Part shown: positions 46,277-59,682 of the stretch, piece after piece
Layout: each line of letters starts with the position of its first letter
How positions within the stretch are numbered: position 1 is the stretch's first letter
Source: Squalus acanthias
Lineage: Eukaryota
Direction: 5' to 3'
DNA length: 64,000 bases
Assembly: GCA_030390025.1 (NCBI GenBank)
Contig: JASTWF010000098.1
Coordinates: 744,001-808,000, forward strand
Made by a program: the position numbers and the translations under genes
The notes under the pieces: model-generated
What the model was told of the DNA's origin: nothing
The model's input: the letters and a program-made list of their open reading frames with translations, nothing else
Databases searched by the model: none

Positions 46277-46897
46277 AACCTCGTAGTATCTGAAGTGTTG
46301 GACTGAACCAGTTAACTAGAAGGAAACTGCTGATTTCATTCATTTCTACAGCTCTGGGGGTGGGGGTGGGGGTGGAGAGGGAATGCAGTCTTGTGCTGTA
46401 CTTACTGAACAAAGCTACCCCTATGAAGAGGAGCCCTACAGAAGACAAACCTGCAGGCAACAGCACAGAAACAAGACAGTGATCGGCAGGTGGTGTAGGT
46501 GAATGCCCTGTTCGACTTTAATCGACCAATCATACTCACAAACTGTAACTCGATCCCATTTACAATGCAATCTGCTTCTGCACTCTTTGCCAAAACTGCT
46601 CATTACAGACACTAGCTTTGCTATAAACTACCATCAATAGAAAATGATTATCTCTCCAGACTCTTTGTGTGGGCTGGGGCTGAGGAAGAGGTCTGGCAAG
46701 GGATGCAAAAAGAAAACCGCAGGAGAAAATGGAGAAATAAAGAGCAGGAATGGTTCAGACCATCCTGGTCAGCATGCAGTATAGGTCCCTGCCATACAGG
46801 GTAAACGAGAAGGGATGAATGCTGCATATTTCCACATGCTGTTCCCACCAGACTCACAAACATCAGTTTCTCAAGTATTGGGTGCTTTAATAAACCG

Positions 46898-47470
46898 AGG
46901 CCCTAAGCTCTGGAATTCCCTCCCCAAACATCTCTCCTCCTTTAAGATTCTGTTCAAAACCTACCTCTTTGACCGCACTTTTGGTCACCTGTCCTAATAT
47001 CTCCTTATGTGGCTCGGTGTCAATTTTTGTTTGATAATCGCCGCTGTGAAGCGCCTTGGGACGTTTTACTACAGTAAAGGCACTATATAAATACCAGTAG
47101 TTGTTGTTGAAGGAATTTTCTCGATCTACCTTTTCCATACTATTTACTACCTTCTATACCTCCATAAGATCAACAAGGAAAACTTGCGTGACCTAAAGCT
47201 TGGTCAGAGGGGTAGGTTTTAAGGAGCGACTTAAAGGAGAGAGAGGTAGAGAGGCGGAGAGGTTTAGGGAGGGAATTCCAGAGCTTGGGGCCCAGGCAGC
47301 TGAAGGCACGGCCGCCAATGGTGAAGCGATGGAAATCGGGGATGTGCAAGAGGCCAGAATTGGAGGAGCGCAGAGATCTCGGAGGGTTGTAGGGCTGGAG
47401 GAGGTTACAGAGATAGGGAGGGAGGCGAGGCCATGGAGGGATTTGAAAGCAAGGATGAGAATTTTAAAAT
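46898..47470. mobile_element. Two L2-type 3' fragments in opposite orientation (46898-47110 plus, 47190-47470 minus)
   Basis: GPKLWNSLP..LFKTYLFD and YFKILILAFKSLHGLA motifs. Confidence 0.85.
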
Positions 47471-48247
47471 AGAATTTTAAACACAAGGAGCAAAAAGGGA
47501 AGTTGGGGGTAACTTTTTCACCCAAAGGCTGATCGAGTTATAGAATAAAGTTCCCAGGGAAGGACATTGAAGCAGACAGTGTAAAAGGGGTCATTAGATA
47601 ATCAGATATATTTCTGGGAGAGAGAAATGATTGGATTCTTTAAATATACAAAAGCGATTACAAATAAACCTCAACCTCAAGCTGCTCTGAAATGTTAAAT
47701 ACCTGCATCCAAACCAATAGGATCTTCAAAAAAAACCCTCTCATCTGGTCCTGAGGGCACAATTCAAACTGATACTGTAGCCTCCCTGCCTTTTAAACTT
47801 TATGGATGAAGAGACTTGAAGTGCCTAAAAGGCAGACCCTCATAACAAAGTCATGTGAGGGCAGCATTCTCAGCGCTGAATTGCTCTTTTACTGGTTACA
47901 TTACAAATAACACTCGATACAGATCTCTCCTGTCCGCAGAGATGAAAACACAAGGCTGATAGCACAATGCCCGATGAGGGTACTCTGCCCCTTTGATATA
48001 TTCCAACGCGTTACTCAGTGACGCAGGAAGACCGGCTGAGAGATGCTAGACAGAGCATCGAGGGGACACTCATTCTCCACAAGTTTTGTCATTTTTTTCG
48101 TGCAATTACAGTACCAGGCATCAAACCCTCTACTGGATAGACAGCGGCAAGTTATTGCTTGATTTAAAGCGCCAGTAATTATCAATTCTGTAACACAACT
48201 AATCAACACACATCACGACAGAGAATATGATTTGTAATTTTACATCC

Positions 48248-49031
48248 AAACCCCTCGATTAGATTCCAGCCTGTAACTCACTCCCGGGTATCTGTTATTC
48301 TATATATAAACCCCCCGAACCCCTCGATTAGATTCCAGCCTGTAACTCACTCCCGGGTATCCGTTATTCTATATATAAACCCCCCCGAACCCCTCGATTA
48401 GATTCCAGCCTGTAACTCACTCCCGGGTATCTGTTATTCTATATATAAACCCCCCGAACCCCTCGATTAGATTTCAGCCTGTAACTCACTCCCGGGTATC
48501 CGTTATTCTATATATAAACCCCGCCGAACCGCTCGATTAGATTCCAGCCTGTAACTCACTCCCGGGTATCCGTTATTCTATATATAAACCCCGCCGAACC
48601 CCTCGATTAGATTCCAGCCTGTAACTCACTCCCGGGTATCTGTTATTCTATATATAAACCCCCCGAACCCCTCGATTAGATTTCAGCCTGTAACTCACTC
48701 CCGGGTATCCGTTATTCTATATATAAACCCCGCCGAACCCCTCGATTAGATTCCAGCCTGTAACTCACTCCCGGGTATCCGTTATTCTATATATAAACCC
48801 CCCGAACCCCTCGATTAGATTCCAGCCTGTAACTCACTCCCGGGTATCTGTTATTCTATATATAAACCCTCAGAACCTCTCGATTAGACTCAAGCCTGTA
48901 ACTCACTCCCGGGTATCTGTTATTCTATAAAAAAAACCCCGAACCCCTCGATTAGATTCCAGCCTGTAACTCACTCCCGGGTATCCGTTATTCTATATAT
49001 AAACCCCCCGAACCCCTCGATTAGATTCCAG
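48248..49031. repeat. Minisatellite, 69/70-bp unit, about 11 copies
   Basis: aacccctcgattagattccagcctgtaactcactcccgggtat(c/t)cgttattctatatataaaccccccg-type unit. Confidence 0.97.
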
Positions 49032-50709
49032 CAATAAGTCTCCTGTGTAGAGCTCCTCTGATGCACTGCCTGTACTTCTCTGCAATCTATTCCTGTCGTA
49101 CCAGAATGGATTGTTATTTTGCTCCTATTTTTCCAGGAAAACCCTTCTTTTTCCTGTCTCTTTATCCCCCTCCCTAGGAGGGGCTCACTCGTTGCTCCCA
49201 TTCCAATAATCCCAGTCACCGTCCTGTGGCTCTTCCAAGTGCCGTGTCGTGCTGGGGTACAGATTGGCTTGGAGGACTGGTTTGGGGGGGGTGGGGGGGC
49301 TTGATTTACCCACCCCTCACCGAACAGCCTGCCAACACCCACTGTCTGGCTTTGCACGGGAAGAACAGTCTATTGGGCGAGGTATCGAGGAGAGCATGGT
49401 GCTTGATACAAGTCAGTGCCATCAGGAGAGAGAGACAGAGAGAGAGGGGAGAGGAAAACCAGAGTGAGACATGAAGAGAAAAATCGCACCCTCCAACACA
49501 CATACAAGCCCCACACACAGTAAGCACTACACAAGACGATGCATTTGAACTATCACCTATCAGCGCCTGCCTCAAGTCAGTAACCCAGAGCCCGAGCTGT
49601 GAGCTACCGCACTGTAATGCACGGCGGAACATCACAGGACCCTCTCTCTTCCCCTCATGCCTTCCTAATTGCTTCCTATGCTCGGCATATGTCTTTCTAA
49701 ATGGAAACAAGGTGTCAGGGCACAGAGGTTCCATCGCTCCCATAAATCTTCAGGGCAATCCGTCAACCCCGGCAGGCTCGGCGCGTCAGAGGAAATGGGC
49801 TTCCTCTCTCCATTAGCCGCCTGTGTCTGCAGACACTGCCACTTCTACTGTAATGTAATATAGGAGGAGGAGGAGTCTCTGGTTAGTTAACCCTTCCAAG
49901 CCCAGTGTCAAATATTAGCAAAAGTCAATGCCATATATATATTTTAACATATTTTCACAGAAGGCAACTTCAAAAAATGTTTAAACTGGCTTGCAATTTC
50001 GTAGTTCCTTTTTTTCCCCCCATTGCACAGAAGCTGTATCACAGGTGTCCCACACCCAAAGCAGGTGGAACAGAGCCAGTCTCAATCTCACAGAGTCTAA
50101 TGAAAATTTCCATTCGCTTCACCCTCAATCTGTCCTACTGCCTCTTCCACTCCCCCGTCGTTCCCCCCCCGCGTCCTCCTCCCCCTCCATCTTTCACTAA
50201 AATGAACTGCAGGCAGAGGGAAGTATGGATGACCTCTCACAGCTCCACTCCAGTGTGCCTCCTGCTGGTCACTCACAGAGAGGCACTGATTATGACGACG
50301 TCACCACACCCCGCAGGACTGAAACCAGGGCCGCCTGAAAGCACACCCTCTCCGCCCCGTCCCTCCAACTTCAGTGCTCGGCAACAGAAACTTCACCCCA
50401 AAACTCTATTGGTGAGCCCCAATGCTCACAGGTAGAAACCCTCCTGCCCTAACAGACCAAGACATAAACAGACAATGTTCATATAGATCCTCTGCAAATG
50501 CTGAGCCATTTCAAAAAACACCCTCTTTATGCAGGACCCAAAGAGATCAGCCTAGATTTTCCGATTTTAACACCATGAGTTCCCACAGACTACACCAGCA
50601 TTAATGCAATGCCGGTCGGAAAATCAAGACCTGTTTCTGAGCGGCCTCAATGTCCGAAAGTTTCAGTAAAATGTGCAACTAAATGTGCCTACGTAACAAG
50701 AGTTCACTG

Positions 50710-50854
50710 AATGTGATGGTACGTGACATGTTTGCAACGTGCACAGACCCTATCTAAATGTGATGGTACGTGACATGTTTGCAATGTGCACAGACCCGAT
50801 CTAAATGTGATGGTACGTGACATGTTTGCAATGTGCACAGACCCTGTCTAAATG
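50710..50854. repeat. 47-bp tandem triplication
   Basis: aatgtgatggtacgtgacatgtttgcaa... at 50710, 50757, 50804. Confidence 0.92.
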
Positions 50855-50898
50855 CAAGTCCCTCCACCTTTGATGAAAAGCTTTAGGTAAAGAAACAA

Positions 50899-51281
50899 AA
50901 AGAAAGACTTGCATTTCTATAGCACCTTTCAGGTCCTTTGGGCGTCCCAAAGCCCCTTACAGCCAATGAAGTACTTTTGAAGTGTGGTCACTGTTGTAAT
51001 GTAGGAAATGCAACAGCCAATTTGCGCACAGCAAGCTCCCACAAACAGCAATGTGATAATGACCAGATAGTCTGTTCCTTTTTAAGTGACATTGATTGAG
51101 GGATAAATACTGGCCACGGCACCAGGGAGAACTCCCCTGTTCCTCTTCAAAATAGTGCCGTGGGATCTTTTTACGTCCACCCGAGAGGGTTAACGTCGAT
51201 TCCAAAAGATGGCACCTCCGACAGTGCAGCACTCCCTCAGCACTGCACTGGGAGCATCAGCCTGGATTAGGTGCTCATGTT
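50899..51281 (-). mobile_element. DeuSINE-type SINE
   Basis: Reverse complement of the family sequence. Confidence 0.88.
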
Positions 51282-52104
51282 AGATGTGGAGCTACCTCAG
51301 CTGGCGGGCCACAACATTGCTATCCAGAGCGAGTGTGTCGACACTGTGGAAATCTTCACAGTGAGGTTATTCTTCAGCGCAAACTTTAAGTCGGGTTACG
51401 ATCTATCGCTGGTGCAGCGCTCATCCCAGGCCTGGACACCTCAAGTCCTAGCAACACGCCCTTAGCAACATTAATACAACCTTTTTAATTTAAACAAAAA
51501 ATTAGTCTCATCGGGTCTTTAATAGAAATGACACAGAAAGGTCAAGCCAGCATTTTTTTTAAAAGAGAAAAGTGGGTGGTGGGGGGGAAGAGATGCTACA
51601 GTTCACCCATGCAGAACAAACTCACCGACCGTGGAAACATTTACAAAGACTTTAAAAAACTATTTGCTAATGAAACCCCACCAAAGTGAGGCTCAGGAAT
51701 CTCCGTCTCTCGCCTGCTCGATTTCCCCCCCCCATCACCCGTCTCTAACTGGAACTGCACAACCCCCGCCACCTGTTTCGAAGTTATTCGAACTGTTCTC
51801 CCAAAGATATGTAAATGATGGGAATATGTGGGGCAACTATTATAGACGGACATTGTACACCAGAGAGCGAGGGAAAGAGAGAATGCGAGCGAGCCCAGGA
51901 TAGGCGGATCGAGCTCCGCCTGCTCTAATTACAGCCCTCCGCCACTGACAGCGAGTGAGCCAGCGAGACAGAGATGCTCTGCAACGCATTCCCGGAGAGG
52001 AGACAAGGAGGGAGAGCGATGGGTTTGAGCAATTTGGGAGATGGTTCTGGTGGGGGGGGGTGGGGGGAGAGATTTTTTTTTTTTATAAAGTGCAAAGTGA
52101 TACA

Positions 52105-52117
52105 GGGTCAAAGGTCA
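52105..52117 (+). promoter_or_regulatory. Perfect DR1 nuclear-receptor motif GGGTCAAAGGTCA
   Basis: Exact motif in a CpG-containing unique island; function not shown. Confidence 0.4.
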
Positions 52118-52736
52118 CGTCCCCTCACTTGTGAGAAAGCGGTGAGTCGGAGCGGGTTTTATCAAACGATCAGCTGCCTTTGAAAACTTGGCTGCAGCGA
52201 TTCTGCGGATGTGCTTGACAGGCTCTGCACAAGAAAATAGGCTTCTTCGCTTCTGTTTTATCTACCCCCCCTCCCTCCCTCTGCATTGGGATGCTTCTCT
52301 CTCCAGTGCTTTCTGGACCCTCCCATCACCGTAGTGGCCAAGGGAGATCCCCACCCACTGCTAAGCCCTTTGTGTTTCGCAGCCCTTTCTACACACAAGT
52401 CAGTGCTGCTGGGCAGCATTTTCGGACTCCCTCAATCAAGTCCCACACCGTCGCGGGAGCTGCTAACAGACTCGGCACCCTTCAAATCATTTCTATTAAA
52501 TTAAAACTGCATCAAAAACATCACAGTACAAAAGGAAGGAACCGTACAAAGGCCAGCTCACTCTGCCCAACCATCACCCCTGCTGGATCCAGTTTGAAAG
52601 ACCCCTCAAAGTAACCTCCTTGCAATCTTCGCTGCCACAATTTTTCTGAACAGCATATTTAAAAAAAAATTATTTTGGGGAAAATTTTCCAGATCTAAAA
52701 AGGCAGAAATACCAACAGATCAAACAAACGCAAACC

Positions 52737-53205
52737 GTGTCAACCGTGGCTCAGTGGGTAGCACTCTCGCATCCGAGTCAGAGGGTTGTGGGTTCAGTTC
52801 CCACCCCAGAGACCTGAGCACATAATCCAGGCTGACACTCCCAGTGCAGTACTGAGGGAGTGCTGCACTGTCGGAGGTGCCGACTTTCAGACGAGACGTT
52901 AAACCGAGGCCCCGTCTGCTCTCAGGTAGATATAAAAGATCCCAAGGCACTATTTCAAAGAAGAGCAGGGGATTTCTTCCTGGTGTCCTGGCCAATATTT
53001 TTCCCTCAACCAACATTACTAAAAAAAAATTATCTGGTCACTTATCACATTGCTGTTTGTGGGAGCTTGCTGTGCGCAAATTGGCTGCCGCCTTTCCTAC
53101 ATTACAACAGTTTCTACACTTCAAAAAGTACTTCATTGGCTGTAAAGCGCTTTGTGATGTCCTGAGGTCATGAAAGGCGCTGCAGAAATGCAAGTCCTTT
53201 CTTTT
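52737..53205 (+). mobile_element. Full-length DeuSINE/SacSINE1-type SINE
   Basis: A box, degenerate B box, central domain, tail. Confidence 0.92.
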
Positions 53206-53757
53206 AACATACAGAGGGCTGTGCTGAGTAAGGGAGGGGTGGGCACTAAAACACATCGTAGCACCCTGAGCTAGGGAAGGGTAAGGGGAATTCAGGCAGT
53301 GTTCCAGTTCCCAATCCCTATCCAGTGACTCCCCATTGGAAAGTGTGTGTGTCTGGACTTTAGGCGAGGAGAGTCAAGCTCGGCTGTGCTGTACTCTCTG
53401 GTCGAATAGCCTTCCAGCACTCACTAGGGTGGAAGTTACCAACCGCACATTTCTTGCACAAACGCATAATGTCTTTTGTACAAAGTCCTCTCTGTGTCCT
53501 TTCAACTAGCAATAGTTTAAGAGTTGCGTTAAAATAGCACAGAAAGATGTCTGGTAGGAGTGGGTTAAACACTTGTCCAACAGCAGCACAGCTGTCACTT
53601 CTATCCAACGGTCTGGGCTCCCACCTGAGGAACAGCACTTGGGTGAAGTACTGGAAAGCTGTTGGAACATAGGGAATTGTACCCCAGCAAGAGTCCGCAG
53701 CTTGGAGGTGGGAGAGGGGAAGCAAGAGATAAAATGGGAAGCGAGAAACAGTGGTGG

Positions 53758-54000
53758 CAATAATTCAGGAGAAATTTCTTTACCCAGAGTGGTGAGAATG
53801 TGGAACTTGGAGTGGATGAAGCTAATAGCATAGATACATTTAAGGGGAAGCTAGATAAACACATGAGGGAGAAAGGAATAGAAGGATATGTTGATAGGGT
53901 GCGATGAAGAGGGGTGGGAGGAGGCTCGTGTGGAGCATAAACACCAGCACGGACCAGTTGGGCCAAATGGCCTGTTTCTGTGCTGTAAAATTCCATGTAA
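53758..54000 (+). mobile_element. CR1 LINE 3' tail
   Basis: Matches 525-775. Confidence 0.85.
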
Positions 54001-54779
54001 TTCTTTTACAGGCCAGTTGTGGTGAAATCACATGCGAAGCTGCACTACTGGTGTGCAGAACATCAGAGTGGCTGCATCAGGTGGAGAGTTCACACCTCCA
54101 TGCCACCCTTTACGGCCTGCAGGCCTTGGGATGGAACTTTTAAACCAGCCGCAAGTGCCAGTCCGCACAAAAGACACGGGTGCGACTTTTATATCGGTGC
54201 GACTTTTATAACGGTACATCGTTTCTGTGTACCCGGCAAAGGCAAAGGAGTTAAACTGCACAGAGGGCAGAGATGTACAGTAACATCTTGTGCATCGGGG
54301 GAAAGGGAAGGAAATAACGTTCCCGATGCAAGCACTTTGGATGGGCCTGTTCTTTAAATGACGAGAGATTGAGGATGGAAAAGGAAGGTATTCCAGGGCT
54401 GAGCTCTGGTCTGCTTGCACCGTATCCCACTGAAGCAGCCAGCAATTTAGCACAATCCAAACCGTATTTCTCCTCCACTGCAACAAGCAGCATTTATATA
54501 GCGCCTACAACATAGTAAAATGCTAGCCCAAGAGCAACTCGGCTTTGCAACAAAAACATATTTCGGGGCAATTTTTATTTTGAGCGTTACTTGGGTCGAC
54601 TGTGGGCGAGCTGCCTGGAGGAGATAGAGTGGGATCCTGTCAATAATGCGGCTGGCAAGCAGCCAGTGTGAAACACGCACCCCAATAGGCTGCTGGCTGA
54701 TCTGGGGGCAGTAAATCGGTGGGACAACCAATTTAAAAAGGTGCAAAACCCACAAGCAACTGCCGCACAAATATCTCCC

Positions 54780-55505
54780 AATAGGAACCTAGGAACGGGA
54801 GGAGGCCATTCAGCCCCTCGAGCCTGTTCTGCCATTCAATGAGATCATGGCTGATCTGTGACCTAACTCCATATACCCGCCTTTGCCCCATATCCCTTAA
54901 TACCTTTGGTTAACAAAAATCTATCAATCTCAGATTTAAAATTAATTGATCTGGCATCAACTGCTGTTTGCAGAAGGAGAGTCCTAAACTTCTACCACCC
55001 TTTGTGTGTAGAAGTCTTTCCTAACTTCACTCCTGAAAGGTCTGGCTCTAATTTTTAGACTATGCCCCCTAGTCCTGGACTCCCCAACTAGCGGAAATAG
55101 TTCCTCTCTATCTACCCTATCAATTACCCTTAATATCTTGAAAACTTCGATCAAATCACCCCTTAACCTTCTAAATTTCAGGGAATACAACCCGAGTTTG
55201 TGTAATCTCTCCTTGTAATTTAACCCCTGGAGTCCAGGTACCATTCTGGTAAACCTACACTGCTCTCCCTCCAAGGTCAATATATCCTTCCTAAGGTGTG
55301 GTGCCCAGAACTGCTCACCGTGCTCCAGGTGTGGTCTAACCAGGGTTTTGTATAGCTGTAGCATAACTTCTGCCCCCTTGTATTCTAGTCCTCTCGACAT
55401 AAAGGCCAGCATTCCATTAGCCTTTTTGATTATTTTCTGTACCTGTCCATGACATTTTAATGATCTATGTACCTGGACCACCCCCGACCCCCATGTCTCT
55501 TTGGA
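54780..55505 (-). mobile_element. CR1 LINE 3' fragment
   Basis: ORF 54984..55481 (KKANGMLAF...LVRPHLEH...RRLRGDLIEVFKI). Confidence 0.92.
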
Positions 55506-56239
55506 CTTCCTGCTTATCCTAACTGCAGTTGAGGATCCCTGCAGTTATCGCTAGAAACGGCCCCATCCTGTCTGGTGCCACCTGTGGTTGGGGAGCAGGA
55601 GCGTGAAGTGGCGGTGGAGCCAGAGGTCTCGACTGCGTCATTTGACCCCGATTTGCTGACATGTACGAGTCTCCCGCCTGCTCCCGACAGGAGATCCAGA
55701 CGCCAGACTGCAGGTCCGCCTAAAAACTGGGACAGGCGGTAACGCAGTGGTCAGTCGGCGTGTCTACCTGCCGCTTGATTGCGGTCGAACTACTATCCCA
55801 TTTCTAAGCCCGCCCCCACCCTATAAACACGGTAAAATGTCCCAAAGTGTCTTCACGGAGATGAAAAAGGTCAAGGGGTTTGGGGAGGTGACTGCAGGCA
55901 TGGTCAAAGAGGTTTCGAGGAGGATATTGGAGGAAGAGAATGAGGTAGCAAGCCCGAGGATGGGGTGAGGGTTGAGGAGGGGGGTATAGGGAGAGAGTTC
56001 CAGAGTCGGGGGGTCAAGGTCAATGAAAGTGGAGTAGAGAGAGGAAGGCGATCCACAGGAAGCCAGACTGTTTAAGGTCAGGGTACTCTGCAGGAGGTTG
56101 CAGAAGACAAGGAATTTGAATTCAAAGCTTCGGGGAATAGGGAACCGAAGGAGGTTGGCGAGGGTGAAGGTAGGGGTGATCAGGGAGCGGGACACACTGC
56201 AGGATAGGATGCAGCAGAGGAGTCTGGACAAATTACATC

Positions 56240-57245
56240 GATTTTTTACAGTACAGAAAAAGGCCATTCGACCCAACTGGTCCATGCTGGTGTTTATGCT
56301 CTACACGAGCCTCCTCCCACCCCTCTTCATCTCACCCTATCAGCATAACCTTCTATTCAGGGGAGGTATTACCTGGTGTCCTGGCCAATAGTTACCCCTC
56401 AATCAACGTAACAAAAACAGATTATCTGGTCATTATCACATTGCTGATTGTGGGAGCTTGCTGTGCGCAAAATAGCTGCCGCATTTCCCACATTACAACA
56501 GTGACTACACTCCAAAAAAGTACTTCATTGGCTGTAAAGCGCTTTGAGACATCCGGTGGTCGTGAAAGGCGCTATAGAAATGCAAGTCTTTCTTTCTTCT
56601 TTCTTTCTCCCTCATGTGCTTATCTAGCTTCCCCTGAAATGCATCAATGCTATTCATCTTAACCACTCCCTGTGGTAGCAAGTTCTACATTCTAACCACT
56701 CTCTGGGTAAAGAAGTTTCTCTTGAATTCCCTATTGGATTTATTAGTGACTATCTTATATTTATGGCCCCTAGTTCTGGCCTCCCCCACAAGCAGAAACA
56801 TTTTCTCTAAGTCTACCCTATCGAACCCCTTCATAATCTTAAAGACCTCCATCAGGTCACCCCTCAGCCTTTTCTTTCTCGAGAAAAGAGCCCCAGCCTG
56901 TTCAGTCTGCTTCATCCTAGTAAATCTTTTTTGCAACTTCTCCAGTGCCTCGATATCCTTTTTTTAAACACAGAGACCAGAACTGTGCACAGTACTTCAA
57001 GTCAATGTTCCCTCTGATTTTTTTTTTCATGCGCGGCCCCTTTACATTTGTTGTGAGGCCGCGCATGCACAATATCTCTTCCAGCAGCAGGAGCTGGTGA
57101 GCGGCCTGCGCGGGACCTTGCGGTTGGTGCACGACCGCGCACCTGAGGGGGAGCATTGCTCCATGTGTGGTCAAACCAAGGTTCTATACAAGTTTAACAT
57201 AACTTCTCCGCTGTTCAATGCTATTCCTGTCGGAATGAACCCCAG
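56240..57245 (-). mobile_element. CR1 3' fragment with a nested DeuSINE piece (56357-56601, plus) and a hAT MITE
   Basis: ORF 56685..56936; CR1 sequence resumes in register around both insertions. Confidence 0.85.
57003..57158. mobile_element. hAT-type MITE
   Basis: TIR caatgttccc / gggagcattg; TSD cttcaagt / ctccatgt. Confidence 0.8.
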
Positions 57246-57624
57246 TGCAGGGTCGAGTGGTGCAGGTTCTGCCATGCAGCATGTACCAGCTTAGGGTGAT
57301 TGGGACCATGCAGAGAAAGTGTGCAGCAATTGGAAGATGGGGGTGGCTGTGTTTGTGACTTTTGTTTCCCCCCCCCCTAATGAACCGTTCGTTACATGAT
57401 ATTATGTGTTTATGTTATGTAACAAATTTTAGCATTCGGGGAAAACAGTGGAAGAAAGGTCCAAGTGACTGTAGTCCAGAGATTTCATTTTGCTGCACTG
57501 TGATTGGTGAGAAGAAAAATAGAAAATATCGAATTAGAAAGCAGAAAAAAACAAGATGACACACACAATCAACGAGGGAGGAAACTGATAGACACAAAAC
57601 ATACAGACAGACAGACACCTACAA

Positions 57625-57945
57625 ACCTTAATTAGATTCCAGTCTGTAACTCACTCCCGGGTATCTGTTATTCTATATATAAACCCCCTGAACCCCTCGA
57701 TTAGATTCCAGTCTGTAACTCACTCCCGGGTATCTGTTATTCTATATATAAACCCCCCGAACCCCTCGATTAGATTCCAGCCTGTAACTCACTCCCGGGT
57801 ATCTGTTATTCTATACATAAACCCCCCAAACCCCTCAATTAGATTCCAGTCTGTAACTCACTCCCGGGTATCTGTTATTCTATATATAAACCCCCCAACC
57901 CCTCGATTAGATTGCAGCCTGTAACTCACTCCCGGGTATCTGTTA
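57625..57945. repeat. 69-bp minisatellite family, about 4.7 copies
   Basis: Same unit and orientation as 48248-49031. Confidence 0.95.
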
Positions 57946-58169
57946 TAGTGTCACAAGTGACTCCCTTGACGGAAGTCATCAGTGTGCTTCACACTGTGAC
58001 ACCAACACCGAATTAAATCTGGTAGCAACTTGTAGCCAATGGGAGGTAGCGACGTGTACATGTATATATGTGTTATATACACACACACATATTATATATA
58101 TATATAACTCAACAGCAAAGTGCATGTGTTCTACTAATCCAAATTAGTTTGATTTTCAAATTAACACTT

Positions 58170-58540
58170 TCTTTCTCCTCCTCCTCCTCCTCTTCCCATT
58201 AACTTTGCCTCCTTCCAATGTTCTCCCGAGGGTGTTTGCTCTCTCTGGACTGCAGTTCCCGTGGTGCTGGTCACCCTGGGGTATCTCACTCAAATGGGCT
58301 TTCTTGTGAAGAGCCCGAGACAGCAAGTGCAGGCAGGGTGCTGGGGCACAAAGGCAATCAGAGCCGAGGCCAATCCCGTGTTCATCCAATGCCCATGTGC
58401 CTCCAGCAGGAGTCACTGGATGATGATTAGCGGTGTCAATCCCGGCCGAATTCCCGCTCTCTAACCCAGGGGCGATGAGACCGGTTTGTAGCACCCCAGC
58501 ACCATCCGTGCGGACCGGGGGGTGGAATCTGGGACCTTCT
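58170..58540 (-). mobile_element. Ancient SINE-like family B copy
   Basis: Reverse complement has tccagtgactcctgctgga...ggatgaacacgggattggcctcggctctgattgcc. Confidence 0.5.
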
Positions 58541-59349
58541 TGTTCTATATTTCTAAAAAAATTAACATCAGTGAAAAGGGTTAATAAAAAAGGTCCCTAC
58601 CCAATTTGTATTGTCTTTTGATGGGGAGGTGAGCGTTTTACAGCCCGTGTGTCTCACTCCTCTCAGAATTAATCAGCTCCTGGGTGAAAATTTACGGCCG
58701 GCCCTTGCTCTGCTTTGTCGACCACTGAACCAGTGAAAAGAGAAGCTGTTTTACATTAATTCCACGCTTCCACTTTGGGAGATGCCATTGCCAAATTATC
58801 TATTGGCAGGGCCATGATCAAAGGAGGGCAAAAAACAAAGGGCCAGTGCTGCGCAGAGCGAAAGTAACTACAAGGCAGGTCCCTGCTTAAAAAAAACCAA
58901 CTGCTTTCTCAGTGAAGAAACAATGAGACATTCAGACTGAAGTGTCACTGCCTTTATCCATCCACTCGATGAAAAGGTTCAACACTTGACTGCCACTATC
59001 CCACAACGTGAGCCTCCCCTGGCATAATATCCCAGCAGGGCGTCTCTCTTTTGGTCATTTTTCATCAGCTTCACAGAACCCCCCACTCCACGGAGGGGTT
59101 TGGGGTAGGGGGGGGTGGAATACCTGACTACTGTCCTTCAGAACTTGGAAAGTTTATCATCTCGTTGTTGGGATGACTTTTCTCGTCTCTCTGCCTCGCA
59201 TTCTCTCTCGACCCCTTCCTGCCTCGTGCCCTCTCTCCCTTCTCAATCGCGCGTCTTTCCCTCGTTCTCTTCCTTTGCTTTCACCCCGATCCTTGCTTCA
59301 AACTTCCGCTTCTCCACCCACCACCCTCCGCCCTCTTTCAGGTGTTGAT

Positions 59350-59645
59350 AAAGAAAGAACTTGCATTTCTACAGCGCCTTTCACAACCTCAAGACGTCCC
59401 AAAGCGCTTTACAGCCAATGAAGTACTTTTGAAATGTAGTTACTGCTGTAGTGTAGGGAATGCGGCAGCCAATTTGCACACAGCAATGTGATAATGATCT
59501 GTTTTAGTGATGTTGGTTAAGGGGGAAATATTGGCCAGGACCCTGGGAGGACTCCCCTGCTCTTCTTCGAATAGTACCATGGGATCTTTTACATCCACCT
59601 GAGAGGGCAGACGGGTCCTTGGTTTAATGTCTCATGGGAAAGACT
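59350..59645 (-). mobile_element. DeuSINE-type SINE 3' part
   Basis: Reverse complement of the family sequence. Confidence 0.85.
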
Positions 59646-59682
59646 GGTCTATTATTATACTTCAAGGTATTACTTTTGTGCA

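Noticed and set aside
55545-55840. CpG island or CTCF site
   Set aside because: CTCF match is partial; the block looks more like a decayed DNA-transposon remnant, but I could not define its ends
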